Positions 1 through 7,929 of a DNA stretch of 49,114 nucleotides are shown in pieces (position 1 is the stretch's first letter; every line of letters starts with the position of its first letter). Source of the stretch: Pseudomonadota bacterium. Lineage in GTDB: Bacteria > Desulfobacterota > Desulfobulbia > Desulfobulbales > SURF-16. Under the pieces are notes generated by a model that was given only the letters and a program-made list of their open reading frames with translations, did no database searches and had not been told where the DNA came from. The translations under genes were made by a program, and so were the position numbers. Location: NCBI GenBank assembly GCA_030597865.1, contig JAUVQZ010000001.1, positions 1 through 49,114 of the forward strand, read 5' to 3'.

Positions 1-150
1 CATTACCGCACTATGACCAATGTCGTTAACCGGCCCACTGCCAGCGGCGGCCGGGGTTATAATTTCATCGGTCACCATGAGCTGATGATCCCCTTATTGG
101 CAGCCGCACTTCTTGATTGTATTACCCCGAAAGGCTTAAAGGAAAATTAA
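1..150 (+). CDS. 3' end of an unidentified CDS entering from the left edge
   Basis: Frame 1 is open from base 1 to TAA at 148-150 (49 codons, ...GHHELMIPLLAAALLDCITPKGLKEN*). There is no start in the window, so it is absent from the ORF track. Product not recognisable. Confidence 0.3.
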   Translation, partial: HYRTMTNVVNRPTASGGRGYNFIGHHELMIPLLAAALLDCITPKGLKEN

Positions 151-193
151 GTCTCCCCCCCATTACCCTTAAAAATTTAATCAATATATAATC

Positions 194-1747
194 GTGACAA
201 CAAAAACTGAAAAAAAAGGAAAGGCGTATCTTATCGGTGCCGGGCCGGGTGACCCTGGTCTTATCACGGTCCGTGGCCAGGAAATTCTAAAAAAGGCTGA
301 GGTCATTATCTATGACTATCTGGCTGGCAAAAAGCTGCTGGACTATGTTCCCAAGGACGCTGAATTTATCTATGCCGGTAAAAAGGGAGGGGTGAAACAC
401 ACCCATACCCAGGAAGAGATCAACCAGATGCTGGTGGATCGGGTTCGCTCCGGGAAATTTGTTGTCCGCCTGAAGGGTGGAGATCCCTTTATCTTTGGAC
501 GTGGCGGTGAGGAGCTGGAAGAGCTTGTCAAGGCCGGTCTTGATTTTGAGGCCGTGCCAGGGGTGACATCCGCATCAGCCGCCGCCACCTTTGCCGGGGT
601 GCCTATTACCCATAGGAACTACACCTCCTCCGTGGCCTTTATCACCGGCCATGAGGACCCCAACAGGACGGAGAGCCGCATTGCCTGGGACAAGATTTCC
701 ACCGGTGTCGGCACCCTGGTCTTTTATATGGGTATCAAGAACCTCCCCTCCATAACCGCCAACCTCATTAAACATGGCCGTGATCCCCAGACCCCTGTGG
801 CCATTGTGCGCTGGGCATCCATGCCTTACCAGCAATCAGTGGTCGGCACCCTGGAAAATATTGCTGAAATCGTTAAGGAGCAGGGAATTAAACCGCCGGC
901 CCTCACCATTGTCGGAGATGTGGTCCGCTACCGTGACTCCCTGAACTGGTATGAGGCACGTCCCCTTTTCGGTAAAAGAATTGTTGTTACCAGGACCAGG
1001 GAGCAGGCAAGTGAGCTTGTCTCACTTCTGGAAGAGAACGGTGCCTCCTGCCTAGAGCACGCCACCATTTCCATTGAACCGCCTGATTCATGGCAGGAGG
1101 CGGACGCGGCCATAGACAGGCTTGGCGATTTTGACTGGGTCATTTTCACCTCCATCAATGCCATCCACTCCTTTTTTCAGCGTCTGCTCGACAAAGGATT
1201 TGATTCCCGAAAAATGCATGGCTGCCGTATCGCTGCCGTGGGTACGGTGACAGCTGATTGTCTTCTTGGGTATGGACTGAAGGCAGATCTCCTGCCTGAA
1301 AAATTTACCGGAGAGGGGCTTGTTGAGGCTTTGGTGGCAACGGACGTATCAGCAAAGAAGGTTCTGATTCCCCGCGCCTTGGAGGCCAGGAAGGTTCTTG
1401 AGGAGGGCCTGGCAAGGGCTGGTGCCCAGGTGACCATAACCCCTGTGTATCAGAACGTGCCCCCTGTGGCAGAGGGAGTGAAGCTGCGTAAGGAAATTGC
1501 TGGGGGAGAGGTTGACATGTTGACCTTTGCCAGTTCTTCCACCGTCCATAACTTTGTGGCCATGCTTGCCTGTCAGGACAACAGGGAACTGGCAGAGCTT
1601 CTTGATGGTGTGCTGATTGCCGCCATCGGCCCGATTACAGGTAAGACGGTTTCGGAATACGGACTCAGGGTCGATATCCAACCAGAGACGTACACCATTG
1701 CCGCCATGGTTGAGGCCATTGTCGCCCAAGCCACGACACCTGCGTAA
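194..1747 (+). CDS. cobA-hemD: Fused uroporphyrinogen-III C-methyltransferase / uroporphyrinogen-III synthase
   Basis: 517-aa ORF with a GTG start. The N-terminal half carries the SUMT signature (AYLIGAGPGDPGLITVRG, VIIYDYL, GGDPFIFGRGGEE, VPGVTSA). The C-terminal ~250 aa (GKRIVVTRTREQASELV...) has the HemD-like two-lobe pattern. Confidence 0.9.
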   Translation: MTTKTEKKGKAYLIGAGPGDPGLITVRGQEILKKAEVIIYDYLAGKKLLDYVPKDAEFIYAGKKGGVKHTHTQEEINQMLVDRVRSGKFVVRLKGGDPFIFGRGGEELEELVKAGLDFEAVPGVTSASAAATFAGVPITHRNYTSSVAFITGHEDPNRTESRIAWDKISTGVGTLVFYMGIKNLPSITANLIKHGRDPQTPVAIVRWASMPYQQSVVGTLENIAEIVKEQGIKPPALTIVGDVVRYRDSLNWYEARPLFGKRIVVTRTREQASELVSLLEENGASCLEHATISIEPPDSWQEADAAIDRLGDFDWVIFTSINAIHSFFQRLLDKGFDSRKMHGCRIAAVGTVTADCLLGYGLKADLLPEKFTGEGLVEALVATDVSAKKVLIPRALEARKVLEEGLARAGAQVTITPVYQNVPPVAEGVKLRKEIAGGEVDMLTFASSSTVHNFVAMLACQDNRELAELLDGVLIAAIGPITGKTVSEYGLRVDIQPETYTIAAMVEAIVAQATTPA

Positions 1748-1764
1748 GCTCTAATATATAATGG

Positions 1765-1813
1765 CCATAAAAAAAGGCTTTCTGCCTCAAGGGCAGAAAG
1801 CCTTTTTTTATGG
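1765..1813. terminator. Bidirectional rho-independent terminator between convergent genes
   Basis: Perfect 22-bp stem (1765-1786 pairs with 1792-1813) with a 5-nt loop. The GC core is ggctttctgcc/ggcagaaagcc, and the A-run on the left arm and T-run on the right arm allow termination in both directions. Confidence 0.85.
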
Positions 1814-1836
1814 CTTATAATATTTGAAGGAGAATC

Positions 1837-3912
1837 TTAGAGGTAGGAGTCTTCTTCCTCTTCTCTGCCCTCCACAACAGATTCAGGATCTGCTGGCCCT
1901 TCAGGGGCAGAAACAGGCTCGCTGACAGCTTCTTCAATCTGTTCAATTTCCGCGGCAGTCACCTCCTCATCAAAGGCACTTTCTCCCGGAGAAACAACAA
2001 CTTCTTCTTCCGGTGATGTTGCCTGGGGGGCAGACCCTGAAGAAATCGGTTGTTCTTCACCTGCCGTGATGGGCTCATCAACAACGGTTGGCGAGGTTTC
2101 TGCAGCCGGTACTTCCTCCGCAGGGAGGGTAGGGGCTGTTTCTTCCCGGGCAGGGGACTCCATGGTTTCAGCAGGCCCTTCAACAGCGGCAGAGGCAGCT
2201 TGCGGCTGAGGGTTCAGTTGTTCGGTGGGTTCTTCCTGAACATCAAAGGCGGCATCCACTGCTGCTTCCTGTTCCGCAACCGCTTCAGCAATGGCCGCAG
2301 GTTCCTCCTGCTGCTCAGGGGGTGCAGGCACAGCTTCCTCGGTAGTTGGGACCGATTCTTCCATGGTAGTAGTCTCTGCCAGCCCAGAGGCTTCCGGCGC
2401 ATCAACCTCCGATGTAACCTCAGGGGCCTCGTCCATGACCATGGGGTGGGTTGCAGGAGCGGTCATGTCATCACCGCCTTCAGGCATTTCAACCCCTTGG
2501 GGTTCATCAATAAATTCCTCCTGCATCATCTCATCAACGATCTGATCAACGGGTGGCAGGATAAAGTCATCACTGAGGAAGTCAGATTTTAAGATTTCCT
2601 GTTCAATGATGACATAGTCGGTGACAATGGTGGAAATAACCGCCATCACACGCCTGTTTTGCTCCCGTCCTTCTTCGGTGGAATTATCGGCAATGGGCTC
2701 TATCTCCCCGGCACCCCGGGTCTTCAGGCGTTGAGGATCAATGCCGAATTTGTCAGCCAGATAATTCTTAACAGTGGCAGCTCTGCGGCTGGAAAGTTGT
2801 TGGTTGTAAATCTCTGAACCCAGGTCACAGGTGTGACCTTCAAGCAGTGCCTCGGTCTCAGGGTAGAGAGTCATAAAGTCAGCAATTTTCTTGATTTCTT
2901 CCTCATAACCTGGGCGGAGGGTGGCCATGTTGAGGTCAAACTCGACATGGAGTTCAATGGTGACCACCTTGTCATGGGGAAGTTGGCGTTCTAAGATAAT
3001 GATGTCATCATCAATAACAGCAATCTCTTCGACAAATTCATCCTCAATGATCTCAGGGATTGCTGGTTCTTCAACAATCTCAGTAACCTCTTCAGTGTCA
3101 ACCATGACCGGCTCAAGGGGTTCCTCGACTGGTAAAGGCTCTGGTTCTGGCTCAACAACCTCCACCGGCTTGACCGGCATACGCCTCTTGGAGAAAAAGA
3201 TCTTTTCAACGTAATCGGCAAGCTCTGCAGGGGAGTCAACAGCCCCATACTGGGCCAAAAAACCACAACCGCCAATTTTGGCAATGGCGTTCATGTTTTT
3301 GGCGCCTTGCGGATCATTACCAACGAGAATTGGGTAATAACATACAGAACCGCGAAACTTCTTTTTCATGTACGCGGATTCGTAAATAGCTGATTTGGGG
3401 ATGTTGATACCATCGCTGATAAGGACAACGGCATGGGAACCATTGAGCTTGCGTAAATCTTGGGTGGCGGAAATAAAGGTCATGCCAAGGGGATCAAAGT
3501 CGCTGATGGCATGGGTTTTGGTGGCGATGATCGGGGTGAAACCTTTGGCATCTTTATGGTAGAGGCCAAAGATGGTGGAAAAGTCCTTTTCAAAGCGATC
3601 AGCTTTGGGGCCGTGGACACGAAGCATGCGCCGGTGGGGGATGTTGGGAATGGTTTTGCCAATATTGGAAATAAGGGATCTGGCGACTTTTTGACTTTGA
3701 GGTTCGCCTACCCCCAGAAAGGTTTTCCCTAATCCGTCAACAATGATCAAAAGATTGTCGGTTTTCTGCAGGTAAGCACCTGTTTTCAAACGATTGGTTA
3801 ATTCAGCCGAGCTGTATACCGGCGGGATGGCGCTGAATACGGGTGTGATGCCTAGAACAAAAAACAAAAGCATTATCAGGGGGGTCACAATTGTAAAAAA
3901 TCGTGATTTCAT
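1837..3912 (-). CDS. Envelope protein: signal/TM segment, vWA-like region, OmpA C-like peptidoglycan-binding domain, long acidic low-complexity tail
   Basis: OmpA-C signature (LEGHTCDLGSEIYNQQLSSRRAATVKNYL...GAGEIEPIADNSTEEGREQNRRV). The likely start is the internal ATG at 3912 (MKSRFFTIVTPLIMLLFFVLG), preceded by AGAGG; the track start at 3948 adds 12 aa without an RBS. The C-terminal ~240 aa are E/D/P/A/T/V-rich. Confidence 0.8.
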   Translation of the reverse strand: MKSRFFTIVTPLIMLLFFVLGITPVFSAIPPVYSSAELTNRLKTGAYLQKTDNLLIIVDGLGKTFLGVGEPQSQKVARSLISNIGKTIPNIPHRRMLRVHGPKADRFEKDFSTIFGLYHKDAKGFTPIIATKTHAISDFDPLGMTFISATQDLRKLNGSHAVVLISDGINIPKSAIYESAYMKKKFRGSVCYYPILVGNDPQGAKNMNAIAKIGGCGFLAQYGAVDSPAELADYVEKIFFSKRRMPVKPVEVVEPEPEPLPVEEPLEPVMVDTEEVTEIVEEPAIPEIIEDEFVEEIAVIDDDIIILERQLPHDKVVTIELHVEFDLNMATLRPGYEEEIKKIADFMTLYPETEALLEGHTCDLGSEIYNQQLSSRRAATVKNYLADKFGIDPQRLKTRGAGEIEPIADNSTEEGREQNRRVMAVISTIVTDYVIIEQEILKSDFLSDDFILPPVDQIVDEMMQEEFIDEPQGVEMPEGGDDMTAPATHPMVMDEAPEVTSEVDAPEASGLAETTTMEESVPTTEEAVPAPPEQQEEPAAIAEAVAEQEAAVDAAFDVQEEPTEQLNPQPQAASAAVEGPAETMESPAREETAPTLPAEEVPAAETSPTVVDEPITAGEEQPISSGSAPQATSPEEEVVVSPGESAFDEEVTAAEIEQIEEAVSEPVSAPEGPADPESVVEGREEEEDSYL

Positions 3913-4116
3913 ACAGTTACCTCTTTTTTTGGGCGTTGCCATGATCATTTAATGGTTAAAGCTGAATCGGCCCATACCTCTCTCATACCGATTTAACCCC
4001 CATATTGTATTATAAATAACTAAAATATCAAAACTTTTATCTTTTGAATTTCCCTGATATTGGGGGGTTTTTTTTAACTATGAAACCGGAAATGGCAAGG
4101 ACACAACCCCTGGTGC

Positions 4117-4947
4117 TTAGATGGATAGCTCCATACTAATGTCAGATGCGGGGGCAGAATGGGTAAGGGCGCCGATGGAGATGATATCCACACCCGTGGC
4201 AGCAATTTCCCTTATGTTTTGGAGGTTTACGCCGCCAGAGGCCTCAACCAGGGCCTGGCCGTTGATGAGCTTAACCGCCTCTCTCATCTCATCTGCTGAC
4301 ATATTGTCGAGCATAATGATGTCAACTTGGGCCACAAGACATTCTTTGACCTGATCAAGGTCTTCGGTTTCAACCTCAATCTTCAGGGTGTGGGGGGCCT
4401 GCTGACGAACACGGTCCACAGCCTCGGTTATGGAGCCACAGGCAGCAATGTGATTGTCCTTAATCATGATGCCATCAGCAAGATTAAAACGATGGTTGTG
4501 GCCGCCGCCGACCCGGACAGCGTATTTCTCCAGGACGCGCAGCCCGGGTGTGGTTTTGCGGGTATCAGTGACCCTGGCTGGGAAGCCTTCAATTTCTTTA
4601 ACAAAAAAATGGGTTAAGGTGGCAATGCCGCAGAGGCGCTGGACAAGATTCAGGGCCACCCGCTCCGCCTGGAGAAGCTCGAGAACTGGCCCCTGGCAGG
4701 AAAAAACCTCTTCTCCAGGCTGAATGAGCCGACCATCTTCAGCCGCCGTATAGCTGAGACCTGCAATGCGGTTTTTGAAAACCTCAGCAGCAATGGCCAT
4801 GCCCGCACAGACGAACTGGCCCTTTGCTCTGAAGGTCGCCAGGCCAATAGCCCCAGGTGAAAAAATGGCCTGTGAGGTCACATCCCCTGTGCCCAGATCT
4901 TCCCGTAGAAAATGAATGATATCCTCTTGTAAGGAGAGAAGGTCCAT
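4117..4947 (-). CDS. nadC: Nicotinate-nucleotide pyrophosphorylase (quinolinate phosphoribosyltransferase)
   Basis: Family-typical motifs: LREDLGTGDVTS, ERVALNLVQRLCGIAT, TRKTTPGLR, GGGHNHRFNLADGIMIKDNHI, MLDNM. Start moved to the ATG at 4947 (MDLLSLQ...), which has AGGAAA upstream. Confidence 0.9.
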   Translation of the reverse strand: MDLLSLQEDIIHFLREDLGTGDVTSQAIFSPGAIGLATFRAKGQFVCAGMAIAAEVFKNRIAGLSYTAAEDGRLIQPGEEVFSCQGPVLELLQAERVALNLVQRLCGIATLTHFFVKEIEGFPARVTDTRKTTPGLRVLEKYAVRVGGGHNHRFNLADGIMIKDNHIAACGSITEAVDRVRQQAPHTLKIEVETEDLDQVKECLVAQVDIIMLDNMSADEMREAVKLINGQALVEASGGVNLQNIREIAATGVDIISIGALTHSAPASDISMELSI

Positions 4948-5327
4948 GGTTTCCTGTTTTTTATGTGGTAAAAATATCGTCAAGGGAGATGGCATCATAG
5001 AAATGATGCCCTGGTGAGAATCAAAATTACAATGCCTATCTCTTGCTTGTCAAGGGTAAAGGGCCTCCATCTGCCATGTCCTGCAGCTTGATTAGTGCCC
5101 CAGCAGATTTGTTTTGCAAACGGCAATCAAGTTCTTTCGTTTTTCCGGTATCTCGAAAATTTTTTTCCAGTATTCTGGTTTTTTTCAAAATCTATCCCAC
5201 CAGTTTCTGACGCTACCTATCAAATAGTTGTACTTGCCGGCTTTATTTACGTTTCATTTTTAAATGAACTGTGGCACTTTTTTTGCTCTTTATTAAAATT
5301 TTTTCACATTTTATAAGGAGGAAGAAG

Positions 5328-5924
5328 ATGAAGAAAACATTTGCAATAGTGATGGCCTTGGTTCTTATTGTTTCAATTTCAAGCTATGCGAGTACTGACT
5401 GTGTATCTATTCACGATGGTGAATTAGCAGGTTCTGATGGTGCAACCTTAGAAACCGGGTATGACCAATGGGGGTATAATTATCAAGCGAAGATATTTAA
5501 CGGCACCTACTGTGATGCCTACCGAGATGCTGAATGGTGTTGGGATTACAGAGATATTGATTTAGTAATGAAATGGAACAGTGCTTGGTTGAGTAATAAA
5601 GATTGTGATGGTGACGGATTACTGGATCGACACCTTGGAAATGATTCTTATCTTGGCTCTGGTGCTTGGTTGACAAATCACCAATCTGGAAAAGTTGAAG
5701 TTAATGGCAAGATGAGGAAATGGACATATTTTGTCAAAATAGTAGCAGCACCTGCAGATGCCACAGTAGTAGGTGACTTTTGGGTTGGGGCAGACGGCAT
5801 TGAAATTGGCCCCGTTATTTGGGGGTCATTTGCCATAGTACAGCAGGTATCAAATGACCCTTCAAACGGGGAGCATGGGATTCTTTATAAAAGTCCATCT
5901 AATCCTGGTCTGGGGAATTTATAG
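5328..5924 (+). CDS. Secreted hypothetical protein (signal peptide, Cys/Trp/Asp-rich, one DxDxDG-type motif)
   Basis: Strong RBS AAGGAGG at 5315-5321, 6 nt before the ATG at 5328. N-terminus MKKTFAIVMALVLIVSISSYA is a signal peptide. The DCDGDGLLD motif resembles Ca-binding thrombospondin-3/dockerin-like loops. No family recognised. Confidence 0.7.
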   Translation: MKKTFAIVMALVLIVSISSYASTDCVSIHDGELAGSDGATLETGYDQWGYNYQAKIFNGTYCDAYRDAEWCWDYRDIDLVMKWNSAWLSNKDCDGDGLLDRHLGNDSYLGSGAWLTNHQSGKVEVNGKMRKWTYFVKIVAAPADATVVGDFWVGADGIEIGPVIWGSFAIVQQVSNDPSNGEHGILYKSPSNPGLGNL

Positions 5925-6032
5925 AGATATTTGTTTTGAGAATCGCCAAGGCTATCAAACTCACCGATAACTCTAATGGCGCTTCAAAACTAGCAGAGAA
6001 AAATATCTTTCGATTAGCAGTATGACATCATA

Positions 6033-6070
6033 AGGCAGGGTCATTAAGTTGGCTCTGCCTTTTTCATTTT
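6033..6070 (+). terminator. Probable rho-independent terminator of the secreted-protein gene
   Basis: 8-bp stem (6033-6040 with 6053-6060, one G-U pair), 12-nt loop, then ttttcatttt. Confidence 0.5.
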
Positions 6071-6145
6071 ATAAAAAATCTAAAAATGGGATGGTATCCT
6101 ATCACTACAATAAACAGAACACCTCAGACCTCTTACCCATAGATA

Positions 6146-6895
6146 ATGCTCGATTGTCACTGCCATTTTCTCGATATATCCCCCCCCTGCCATGCCCCGT
6201 TCCTGGTTGATCTTAAGGTATGTGGAATCAAGAAGGTTTACTGTAACAGCGTCGGCCTTGAGCAATGGCATGCCTTGACTTCATTGGCCAGCAACCATCA
6301 GGAGATTCTTCCCTTTTACGGAATCCATCCATGGCATATCAGGCAGGATACAGTTGAAGCTGACCTTCGGGTTCTTGCCACTCTTCTAGGGGACAGCCAT
6401 TCTTTTTGCGGGGAGATCGGCCTTGACCGTCTTTGTCGCACGGATCTCCGCCTCCAGGAGGAGGTGTTTATCCGGCAACTGGATCTTGCCATGGCCACCA
6501 AGAGTTTTGTGGCGATCCATTGCGTCAAGGCCTGGGGCAGGCTCATTGATATCCTTGCCGGCTACCAGGGGGAGGTTAGCTTTATGCTCCATGCCTTTCA
6601 GGGATCAAGGGAGGTCATGGAAAGGCTGGTGGCCATGGGGGGGATGATTTCCTTCTCCCACCGTGTTATGGATGGCGACCAACAGAAACTCCAGGATGTT
6701 TTAAGGGCAACACCCCTTGACAATCTCCTGCTGGAAACGGACTTCCCCTTTCAAAAAAGTTTTACGGGCCATTCACGGCAGACATATTGTCAGGTGCTTA
6801 GCAGGCTTTACTCCTTTGTATCCCAGCTTTGCCAGGTTCCTGTTAAAGAACTGACACACATCATTGAAAGAAATGGATCGATTTGCACGTATTGA
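6146..6895 (+). CDS. TatD-family metal-dependent hydrolase (DNase-like)
   Basis: N-terminal MLDCHCHF, internal GEIGLD, HC...A, and the ETDFP motif near the C-terminus match the TatD/YcfH amidohydrolase-fold pattern. Confidence 0.8.
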   Translation: MLDCHCHFLDISPPCHAPFLVDLKVCGIKKVYCNSVGLEQWHALTSLASNHQEILPFYGIHPWHIRQDTVEADLRVLATLLGDSHSFCGEIGLDRLCRTDLRLQEEVFIRQLDLAMATKSFVAIHCVKAWGRLIDILAGYQGEVSFMLHAFQGSREVMERLVAMGGMISFSHRVMDGDQQKLQDVLRATPLDNLLLETDFPFQKSFTGHSRQTYCQVLSRLYSFVSQLCQVPVKELTHIIERNGSICTY

Positions 6896-7622
6896 GAAAT
6901 TATTAGGTCACCGGAAAGCTGCCTGGCTTCAGGCCAGGTCCGTCACCATTGTCGGGGTCGGTGCCGTGGGGGGCTACGCCCTGGAAGGGCTGGCCCGCGC
7001 CGGGATCGGCAGGATACGGCTGGTGGATTTTGATGTTGTTGGCATCTCAAATATCAACCGCCAACTCCATGCCCTGGAGTCCACCCTGGGTGTTCTCAAG
7101 GTTGAGGCCGCCCAGCAAAGGGTGCTTGACATAAATCCCCACTGTCAGGTCGAGGCACTGCCCCTTTTTGCAGATCCTGATACGGTGGAAAAAATTCTTA
7201 GCCCAACACCAGACATCCTCATCGATGCCATTGATTCACTCAGCTCAAAGGGCGAACTCCTTACTGCTGCATACAAAAAAAATATCCCCACTGTCTCATC
7301 CATGGGCGCGGCTTTGCGCACCGACCCCAGCCAGATCGTGGTCGATGATCTGCTCAAGACAAAAAAATGTCCCCTGGCCAGAAAATTACGCAAAAATCTT
7401 CGTCTCAATGGCATCGGCCACGGCATAAGCTGTGTGTATTCCACCGAAGAGGTTTGTTTCGACTATGGGGAGCCGGAGGCAGATGGTACTGGTGGACATT
7501 CTCCCCATGTCAAGGGGCGTGCCCGGCGATTGCTGGGGAGCCTGCCAACCCTCACCGGTATTTTCGGCCTTATTGTTGCCAATACCGCTATCTACAAATT
7601 ACTGGATGGCTATGATGGATGA
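6864..7622 (+). CDS. tcdA: tRNA threonylcarbamoyladenosine dehydratase (ThiF/MoeB-fold E1-like)
   Basis: VTIVGVGAVGGYALEGLARAGIGRIRLVDFDVVGISNINRQLHAL is the TcdA/CsdL-type Rossmann signature. The gene overlaps the preceding tatD-family gene by 32 nt. The start could instead be the second ATG at 6873. Confidence 0.8.
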   Translation: MKEMDRFARIEKLLGHRKAAWLQARSVTIVGVGAVGGYALEGLARAGIGRIRLVDFDVVGISNINRQLHALESTLGVLKVEAAQQRVLDINPHCQVEALPLFADPDTVEKILSPTPDILIDAIDSLSSKGELLTAAYKKNIPTVSSMGAALRTDPSQIVVDDLLKTKKCPLARKLRKNLRLNGIGHGISCVYSTEEVCFDYGEPEADGTGGHSPHVKGRARRLLGSLPTLTGIFGLIVANTAIYKLLDGYDG

Positions 7623-7637
7623 GGTGCCAGGGTGATG

Positions 7638-7841
7638 TCAGCGATTTTGGAACCAGAGAAGATAGAGTCCTATAACCAATAGGAAAGGGCCATTGGTGAA
7701 ATAAAAGAGATAAACCAGGGGGTATCGTCGCCCCAAAAACTCTTTTAACCCCGGGCGACTTACCACCCTGGGAATCCAGAACAGCACGGTGACCAGGGCA
7801 CCGAGAGAAATAAAACAGAGGGCCAGGGTATTAAGGGGCAT
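7638..7841 (-). CDS. Small two-TM membrane protein, hypothetical
   Basis: 67 aa with two hydrophobic segments, 88 nt downstream of the AsmA-like gene on the same strand. The RBS is weak or distant, so coding status is uncertain. Confidence 0.4.
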   Translation of the reverse strand: MPLNTLALCFISLGALVTVLFWIPRVVSRPGLKEFLGRRYPLVYLFYFTNGPFLLVIGLYLLWFQNR

Positions 7842-7929
7842 AGTTAGTGTAAATCCTCAGGTCTGGGTAAATGGTTTAGGGGGCTGGCATGGTTGTCGTT
7901 TGCTGTTGCACCGGCTCCTGGTCAGGACG

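Noticed and set aside
3913-3948. Longer N-terminal extensions offered by the ORF track (also 4948-4998, 5271-5327, 25295-25324, 37639-37707, 40561-40626, 45368-45502)
   Set aside because: In each case an internal ATG with a better-placed Shine-Dalgarno gives a family-typical N-terminus or signal peptide. The extension either lacks an RBS or overlaps a terminator or a neighbouring gene.
5095-5316. 73-aa plus-strand ORF upstream of the secreted-protein gene
   Set aside because: It lies in a very AT-rich promoter-like region, gives a Phe/Leu/Ser-rich translation, has no RBS, and ends inside the real gene's RBS region.
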